Source of the DNA: Candidatus Eremiobacteria bacterium
GTDB taxonomy: Bacteria; Vulcanimicrobiota; Vulcanimicrobiia; Vulcanimicrobiales; Vulcanimicrobiaceae
DNA length: 64,000 nucleotides
NCBI GenBank assembly: GCA_963737065.1
Contig: CAVTRC010000001.1
Location: 608,001-672,000 of the forward strand
Direction: 5' to 3'
Made by a program: the position numbers and the translations under genes
The notes under the pieces: generated by a model
Databases searched by the model: none
The model's input: the letters and a program-made list of their open reading frames with translations, nothing else
What the model was told of the DNA's origin: nothing
In this document: piece by piece, positions 59,201 through 64,000 of the stretch
Numbering within the stretch: the stretch's first letter is position 1
Layout of the letters: the number at the start of each line of letters is the position of its first letter

Positions 59201-59527
59201 GGCCGGTTTGCATACAAATTCGACGGCGGCGGCGAGTACGCGGCGCGCACCGTGCTGTGGTTGGGACGCGCAACGCAGCATGTCGGCTCGCGCGGTGATG
59301 TCGCGCTCGAGGCGCGGACGGCCATCGTTCCGGGCGCGACCGGCGCACGCACGACCGCCGTCGCCGCCGAAGCCGGCGAGACCATTGGGCGCACGGCGCG
59401 CGCCGCGGTTGGTTACAACATCGCCGGAAGCGTCGATCCGTCGCTGCTCGGCGTCCCGCAACGCAAAGGCATCTACATAACCTTCACAACGCTGATCGAT
59501 CGTATCTTCGGGTGGGGAAAACCATGA
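56294..59527 (+). CDS. Large exported protein: Ig-like N-terminal domains plus predicted outer-membrane beta-barrel
   Basis: Signal peptide; LHPGPNEL, LRADG Ig/invasin-like motifs; YGDSS; DYTIDYATG.LRF; long run of amphipathic beta-strands ending KGIYITFT. Confidence 0.75.
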   Translation: MKRLGRALQCAGAALMVASFMTSMTTRVSDADTAAGAATATFVAPNPGSAAPIGATNVIISTQLGSSIELLDDGELVDGKHLGKRTFNKSTGEAQWFFYGVTLHPGPNELVATALRAPGLRGTPATLTVYGPGDAQTIRAEFGSHLRADGKTIAPLNITVSDRYGNAAAPAQRVDVRILRGNVTFGDLPKDGTNAAPASPDVLTSPAPQGALSAQVPLPVGGYLSLPVVSGTLAGAFDIEVRVGNAYLRRSFYVEPYVRPAFVTGLASVGVGAVPGDVDGDGIEDGGGARRERAAIFATGAVGRTLVTAGYESQNRLSPVSSLGAPVDSPNSRPYLTYGDSSTIAQPYRSQDHFYARVDRGRSSALWGQYVADVGPPDVGGYQQLLNGAKVDVSLGASGRARVTAFTARNQQAFISTILPLTGLATLSAPLHPDIVVGSDLLQLVTLDRATGLMIRETPLLRNVDYTIDYATGILRFINVPLPYDPQFNPQVVSLQYEYQGPGVASQTTGAQVSYALSLDGRTTARAGYVNDATGTQNFALVTQSLARTWANGSFTVSHASSAGFVPSAGSSTQLGAATVVPHNGEAISVALDERNATNAVALGYQSTSAGYNDPFGGFSSPGTRAYRAIYSLGTARAGQLQMNLSGESNTGIGAASSELDGAVTYLRALTSRLTMSAGVAEHRQTIGAQPSASPAANVALANTQQTQAQASLTYRMPERLGISVSESDTLRGSDAGSTQPSQTQLEATYDLPKRGRLFFRELWSDQPSATFANSTANLNIASGSTHSMQFGVEQPLSAATTVSSQYVIDQVASGVNIYAAAGIDERVHLGKAIAGNLTLQSANAVGAGAEGFTVLGAALTYAPASGKFRSSVSYQDRTGASSGSTVSAAIAGHISDALSAVGFIQRAYGNGINAIDDRLSVAYRPRADDRLISLFDYERGNETGLAGEAANVASFEELFRMTQTFELAGRFAYKFDGGGEYAARTVLWLGRATQHVGSRGDVALEARTAIVPGATGARTTAVAAEAGETIGRTARAAVGYNIAGSVDPSLLGVPQRKGIYITFTTLIDRIFGWGKP

Positions 59528-61050
59528 CGCGGCTATTGATGCGTCTCGTGGTCGCGGCGGCGTTCGCGATCGTGACGTGCGCGTTTGCGAGCGCCTCGAC
59601 GATCATGGTCTTGAGCGACAGCGCGGGCGTCTATTTGATCGATTCCGCGACCGGCAAAGTCGTTCAGTCGTACGGCAACCTCTTCTCCGGAAGCAGCGCG
59701 CAGGACGTCGCTGAAGACCTCAACGGCAACCTGTACGTGACCGATAGCTCCGGCAACCTCCGAAAGGCGACGTTCAACGCGAACGCCGGATCGTCGACCG
59801 GCGCGTATGCCGCGGCGACCGTCGTCGGCGCGATCCCCGGATATACTTCCGCGGTTGCGCGTCTTGCGTGGGATCCCACCACGTTGTATTGCGCGACCGG
59901 CTGCCTCGTGACGATGAACAGCAGCGGAAATTCGCTCGATTGGATCAATCCGGCGACGGCCGCCATCGTAAAAAGCGTCGCGGTGAGTCCGGCCATCTCG
60001 GGTGGCGGCGACCTTGTCATCGACCCCACTGCGGTGAACAACGCGGCCGTCTACGTCGTCTCCGGAAAAGCGTTTTACAGCGTCAATCCGTCGACGGGCG
60101 CGTCGACCTCGATCGCGACGTTTTCGTGGCCGGGGCTCACGGCGAATCTGACGGGACTTGCGCTCCTGGCGAACGGCGATCTGGTTGGATGCGAACAAAA
60201 AGGCAGCGGAACGGCCTGGACGCTTTGGGAATTCACGACCGCCGGAGCGCTCGTCACGAGCCAAACGGGCATTAGCACCGGAAGCGACGTGGTGAACGAC
60301 CTCGCTTCGGTTCCGGCGACGTTCACGACGTCGAAAACCGGCACCGCGAATGCGGGCCTCGGCGACACGATGATTTATACCGTCACATTGAAGAACACGA
60401 GTTACTTCACCGTGCCGACGGCCGCGATGACCGACCCATATCCTTCGACGATCAGCGTTTTATCGTCGCCGGCGCCGTCGTGCAGTGTTTCCGGCGGCGG
60501 CAGTTGCACCGCGACGCTGAACCCGAGCGCAAGCCCTTCGCCCGACGTTGTCGCAAGCGTTACGAACTTGGCCGCCGGCGCAACCGCCACGATGACGTTC
60601 GAAGGTTCACCGAGCGCGAGTGCGAGCGGGACCGTCTCGAACACGGCAAACTCGAGCGTTCCGTTCGATCCCAACGAGTACGGCGGCTCGACCGCTGCAA
60701 CGAACACCATCAACACAACGATCACGGCGTCCGAATTTGCGAAACAGGTAGCAAACATCACGGAGGGCCTTGCGCCGGGCACGAGCTTGATCGGCAAACC
60801 GGGTGATGTCGTGGAATACACCCTGACGTTCACGAACCGCCGCGGCTTTTCGCTGGCGTCCTTTCAAATCAACGACCCGGTGCCGACGGGAACGACGTAC
60901 GTCGCAAACAGCGCAACGTGCATAAGTCAGCCCGCGGGGCTCACCTGCGCGCCGTCGCAGTCAGGCGGCGTCGTGTCGTTTGTTTACACCGGCACGAGCT
61001 TGGCCGCCAACGGCGTCGTCAGCGCAAAGTTCCGCGTAACGATCAACTAA
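59524..61050 (+). CDS. Exported beta-propeller plus two DUF11 domains (putative tip adhesin)
   Basis: Signal peptide; propeller-like repeats (DVAEDLNGNLYV, GDLVIDP, GLALLANGDL, DLAS); SKTG..GDTMIYTV..TDPYP..VSNTA; AKQV..PGDVVEYTL..NDPVP..KFRVTIN*. Confidence 0.8.
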   Translation: MTRLLMRLVVAAAFAIVTCAFASASTIMVLSDSAGVYLIDSATGKVVQSYGNLFSGSSAQDVAEDLNGNLYVTDSSGNLRKATFNANAGSSTGAYAAATVVGAIPGYTSAVARLAWDPTTLYCATGCLVTMNSSGNSLDWINPATAAIVKSVAVSPAISGGGDLVIDPTAVNNAAVYVVSGKAFYSVNPSTGASTSIATFSWPGLTANLTGLALLANGDLVGCEQKGSGTAWTLWEFTTAGALVTSQTGISTGSDVVNDLASVPATFTTSKTGTANAGLGDTMIYTVTLKNTSYFTVPTAAMTDPYPSTISVLSSPAPSCSVSGGGSCTATLNPSASPSPDVVASVTNLAAGATATMTFEGSPSASASGTVSNTANSSVPFDPNEYGGSTAATNTINTTITASEFAKQVANITEGLAPGTSLIGKPGDVVEYTLTFTNRRGFSLASFQINDPVPTGTTYVANSATCISQPAGLTCAPSQSGGVVSFVYTGTSLAANGVVSAKFRVTIN

Positions 61051-61058
61051 CGAAGGCC

Positions 61059-62486
61059 CTACTTCGGGTACGTCATCTCTTTGGGCACGACGTACGTATC
61101 GAATTCGTCCGGCGTTACATGGCCGAGTGCGAGCGCCGCGTCTTTCAGCGTCGTTCCTTCGTGATGCGCCTTCTTCGCGATCTCGGCGGCTTTGTCGTAC
61201 CCGATCTTCGGCGAGAGCGCGGTGACCGTCATCAACGATTCACCGAGATACTTCTTGATCACGCGTTCATTTGCTTGAAGTCCCTCGACCGCGTGCTCGC
61301 GGAACATCGTGCACGTGTCGCGCAGCAAGTGACAGCTGTGAAGGAAGTTCGCAATCATCACCGGGTTGAACACGTTGAGCTCGAAGTTGCCCTGAGACGC
61401 GCCGAAACTGATCGCGGTATCGTTGCCGTAGACCTGCGCGACCACCATCGTCATCGCTTCCGATTGTGTGGGGTTGACTTTGCCGGGCATGATCGAGCTG
61501 CCCGGCTCGTTCTCCGGCAGAATCAGTTCGCCGATACCGGCGCGCGGGCCCGATGAGAGCCACCGGATGTCGTTCGCAATCTTCATCAGCGCAGCGGCAA
61601 GCGTCTTGAGCGCGCCCGACGCAAAAACGAAGTCATCGTGCGAGGCAAGAGCGGTGAATTTATTCGGATGCGAGCGGAACGGAAGGGCGGTCAATTCGGC
61701 GATCTTACGCGCCATGCGCTCCGCGAACTCCGGATGCGCGTTGAGGCCCGTACCGACGGCGGTGCCGCCGATCGCGAGATCGTAGAGGTGATTGTTCGCT
61801 TCATTGATCGCGACGATCGCGCGGTCGAGTTGCGTGACGTAGCCTGAGAACTCTTGACCGAGCGTCAGCGGGGTCGCATCCTGCAAGTGCGTGCGGCCGA
61901 CCTTCACGAGCTCTTTCCACTGCTCGGCTTTTTGCTCCAGCGCATCGCGCAATTTCACGACCGCGGGCAGCATCTGCACGACCGCTTCCGCAGCGGCCAT
62001 GTGCATCGCCGTCGGAAACGTATCGTTCGACGACTGGGACATGTTGACGTGGTCGTTCGGATGGACCGGTTTCTTCGAACCCATCTCGCCGCCGCCGATC
62101 TCGATCGCGCGGTTCGAGATGACTTCGTTGACGTTCATATTGGTTTGCGTGCCCGAACCGGTCTGCCAAATGCGAAGCGGGAAATGCGCGTCGAGTTTTC
62201 CGGCAATGACTTCATCGGCCGCCGCAACGATGAGCTTCGTCTTTTCGTCGTCGAGTTTTCCGAGATCGTGATTGACGAGTGCCGCAGCTTTTTTCAGCTG
62301 CGCCATTGCAACGATCACTTGCTTCGGCATCACGTCGCGCGGCCAGCTCCCGTCGCCGATGTCGAAATGGATGAGCGAGCGCGCCGACTGCGCGCCGTAA
62401 TACTTGTCTGAAGGAACGTCGATTTTGCCCATCGAGTCGCTCTCGACGCGCTTCTTTACGTGTCCGTTCGTTTCACTCGTCGTCAT
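61059..62486 (-). CDS. fumC: Class II fumarate hydratase
   Basis: [33 protein letters not shown]. Confidence 0.97.
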   Translation of the reverse strand: MTTSETNGHVKKRVESDSMGKIDVPSDKYYGAQSARSLIHFDIGDGSWPRDVMPKQVIVAMAQLKKAAALVNHDLGKLDDEKTKLIVAAADEVIAGKLDAHFPLRIWQTGSGTQTNMNVNEVISNRAIEIGGGEMGSKKPVHPNDHVNMSQSSNDTFPTAMHMAAAEAVVQMLPAVVKLRDALEQKAEQWKELVKVGRTHLQDATPLTLGQEFSGYVTQLDRAIVAINEANNHLYDLAIGGTAVGTGLNAHPEFAERMARKIAELTALPFRSHPNKFTALASHDDFVFASGALKTLAAALMKIANDIRWLSSGPRAGIGELILPENEPGSSIMPGKVNPTQSEAMTMVVAQVYGNDTAISFGASQGNFELNVFNPVMIANFLHSCHLLRDTCTMFREHAVEGLQANERVIKKYLGESLMTVTALSPKIGYDKAAEIAKKAHHEGTTLKDAALALGHVTPDEFDTYVVPKEMTYPK

Positions 62487-62596
62487 GGCCCGAATATCTT
62501 GGCCGTCATCCCGGCGCTTCCGCCTTGACTAAGGTCGCTCGACCGGCTTCTGCGGCACCTGTCGCCGAAGGAAGCACGGGAAAGGTCGGCGAGCGT

Positions 62597-63145
62597 CTAA
62601 CGGCCCCTCTGCGCCGCTTTTCGCCCGTCGACGGTCGTTCCGACGAGGTCCATCGACGTGATTTCATAGATGCTGAGCGGAAAGTTCGGATTGAACCGCC
62701 GTTTGTCGCAGCGCGGACAGCTCGCGGGCTTCCCCGGCTTCTTTCGCCGGAGCACTTCGAACGCGCAATGTTCGCAGCGTAAGACGTAACGCTTGCTCGA
62801 CTCATTGAGCGGCCGCACGTTGCCGAGATCGTGATAGATCGACGCTAGTCCGCACTCGCGCATTTTCTTCTTGAAGCGCAATCCATGACCCGTGTCGCGA
62901 AACTTCGCATAACACCATGCATGCACCATTTCATGCAGCAATGTCTCTTCCAACGCCCCGGGATATTTGTCGAAATGTTTCGGCGAAAGCTCGATGAGAA
63001 GCGGATGTCCCCTGTACGAGATGCGCCCGGCGGAGTTCGAAAACCGGGCATTGTACCGAATACGGCAGTCGGGCACTTCGCCGTTGAAATGCTCGTAATT
63101 CAAACGAGCGAACAGCAATTGAAGATCTGCTTCGGACGGCATCAC
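62597..63145 (-). CDS. SprT-like zinc metalloprotease domain protein with C-terminal Zn ribbon
   Basis: TLLHEMVH, GHG..FK, CxxC...CxxC. Confidence 0.85.
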   Translation of the reverse strand: MMPSEADLQLLFARLNYEHFNGEVPDCRIRYNARFSNSAGRISYRGHPLLIELSPKHFDKYPGALEETLLHEMVHAWCYAKFRDTGHGLRFKKKMRECGLASIYHDLGNVRPLNESSKRYVLRCEHCAFEVLRRKKPGKPASCPRCDKRRFNPNFPLSIYEITSMDLVGTTVDGRKAAQRGR

Positions 63146-63182
63146 GGATGACTTTCTTCAACGTGCGTCCAAACGATTCTTC

Positions 63183-63608
63183 GTGCCAGATCAATCCGGA
63201 CGCGGCCTTCCGCCGCGGATCTACGTTCCGATCGTCGCAGTCCTCGCCATCGCTTTCCTCGGCGTAATGTTTTACCTCGTCGCGGTCGGTTTCGGTGTAA
63301 CGGGTTCAGTCTTCGGCAACGCAGCGCCGAATGGAACGCAAGCTCAGGCGCCGTCTTCGGGAACGAACGTGCAAGGTGGTGGACCGCCGCCCGCGGTGAT
63401 GCTACAGGTCCAGACGCTCAAAGCACGCGTCGCCGCACATCCAAAAGACGACGTCGCGTTGACGCAGCTCGGCGATCTCTATCTCGCGGCGAACAAGTTC
63501 CAACAAGCGATTCCGCTCTACCGGCGTGCGCTCGATGCGAACCCGCGAAACGTTGCCGCGCAGACCGGGCTCGCGCAAGCGCAAGAGGACCTTCGTCAAT
63601 CGCAATGA
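63183..63608 (+). CDS. Membrane-anchored TPR protein
   Basis: N-terminal TM; P.D..AL..LGDLY....F.QAI..YRRAL..NP.N TPR. Confidence 0.8.
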   Translation: MPDQSGRGLPPRIYVPIVAVLAIAFLGVMFYLVAVGFGVTGSVFGNAAPNGTQAQAPSSGTNVQGGGPPPAVMLQVQTLKARVAAHPKDDVALTQLGDLYLAANKFQQAIPLYRRALDANPRNVAAQTGLAQAQEDLRQSQ

Positions 63609-64000
63609 GGCTCTACATTAGCGCCGACATGGAAGGTACGGCCGGCGTCTGTTCCTGGGCGCAGGTCGATCCGTGCAACGTCCACGAGTATCCCGTGTAC
63701 CGCCGGTATATGAGCCGCGAAGTCGCCGCCGCGATCGCCGGCGCGCGCGAATCGCAGCCGTGCGACGTGACGATCAACGACTCGCACTGGGATATGCGAA
63801 ATCTCGTGTGGGACGAGTTGCCGGAGGACGTTCGCGTCATCTCCGGACGCAAACCGCTCTCGATGGCGCACGGCGCGCAAGATCGGTTTGATGCTGCATT
63901 CTTCACCGGATACCACAGCGCAGCCGGTACAGCCGGCTCCGTGCTCGCGCATACATATTCGAACGAAGTGATGTATAACGTCTACGTTAACGGAAAGGCG
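63605..64000 (+). CDS. M55 family D-aminopeptidase (DppA), 5' part (runs off window end)
   Basis: Not in ORF track. Translation MRLYISADMEG...INDSHWDMRN...FFTGYHS...LAHTYS. Confidence 0.9.
   Translation, partial: MRLYISADMEGTAGVCSWAQVDPCNVHEYPVYRRYMSREVAAAIAGARESQPCDVTINDSHWDMRNLVWDELPEDVRVISGRKPLSMAHGAQDRFDAAFFTGYHSAAGTAGSVLAHTYSNEVMYNVYVNGKA

Noticed and set aside
51231..61050. Classical chaperone-usher, sortase, curli or type V autotransporter system
   Set aside because: No PapD/PapC, LPXTG/sortase, CsgA/CsgG or autotransporter signatures recognised.
62487..62596. GC-rich hairpins between sprT-like gene and fumC
   Set aside because: Pairing is imperfect and expected at this GC content; no recognisable RNA family.

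Overview
GC-rich bacterial chromosomal window, mostly housekeeping. A TolC/RND system and outer-membrane beta-barrels indicate a diderm, while Hfq and the GerMN-amidase-murI arrangement look Firmicutes/Terrabacteria-like; a lineage such as Vulcanimicrobiota/Eremiobacterota is a guess, not a result. It contains an omega-amino-acid catabolic cluster, a two-component-regulated RND efflux operon, peptidases, murI/amidase/GerMN, a DUF969-DUF979-DUF2891 cluster and a diguanylate cyclase. It also has a small Fic/Doc islet at the 3' end of tmRNA (ssrA), uvrC, tRNA-Pro(CGG), a trkA pair, dapF-hfq-miaA-mutL-ogt-mutS-miaB, der-plsY-efp and fumC. The standout is a five-gene secreted-protein operon (51231-61050) of DUF11/Ig-like proteins plus a large predicted outer-membrane beta-barrel. 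Two proteins start with a free Asn-bearing 'GTxxxNxAxAxYxD...TTSN' beta-hairpin, and three end in a DUF11-like domain missing exactly that hairpin. This pattern suggests a head-to-tail, donor-strand-complemented, isopeptide-crosslinked pilus/fibre with shaft, tip, base, chaperone and usher-like parts. A structured-RNA candidate and an unannotated 50-aa ORF sit just upstream. Several single-base frameshifts are visible and may be assembly errors. All family assignments come from motif recognition by eye; no searches were run.
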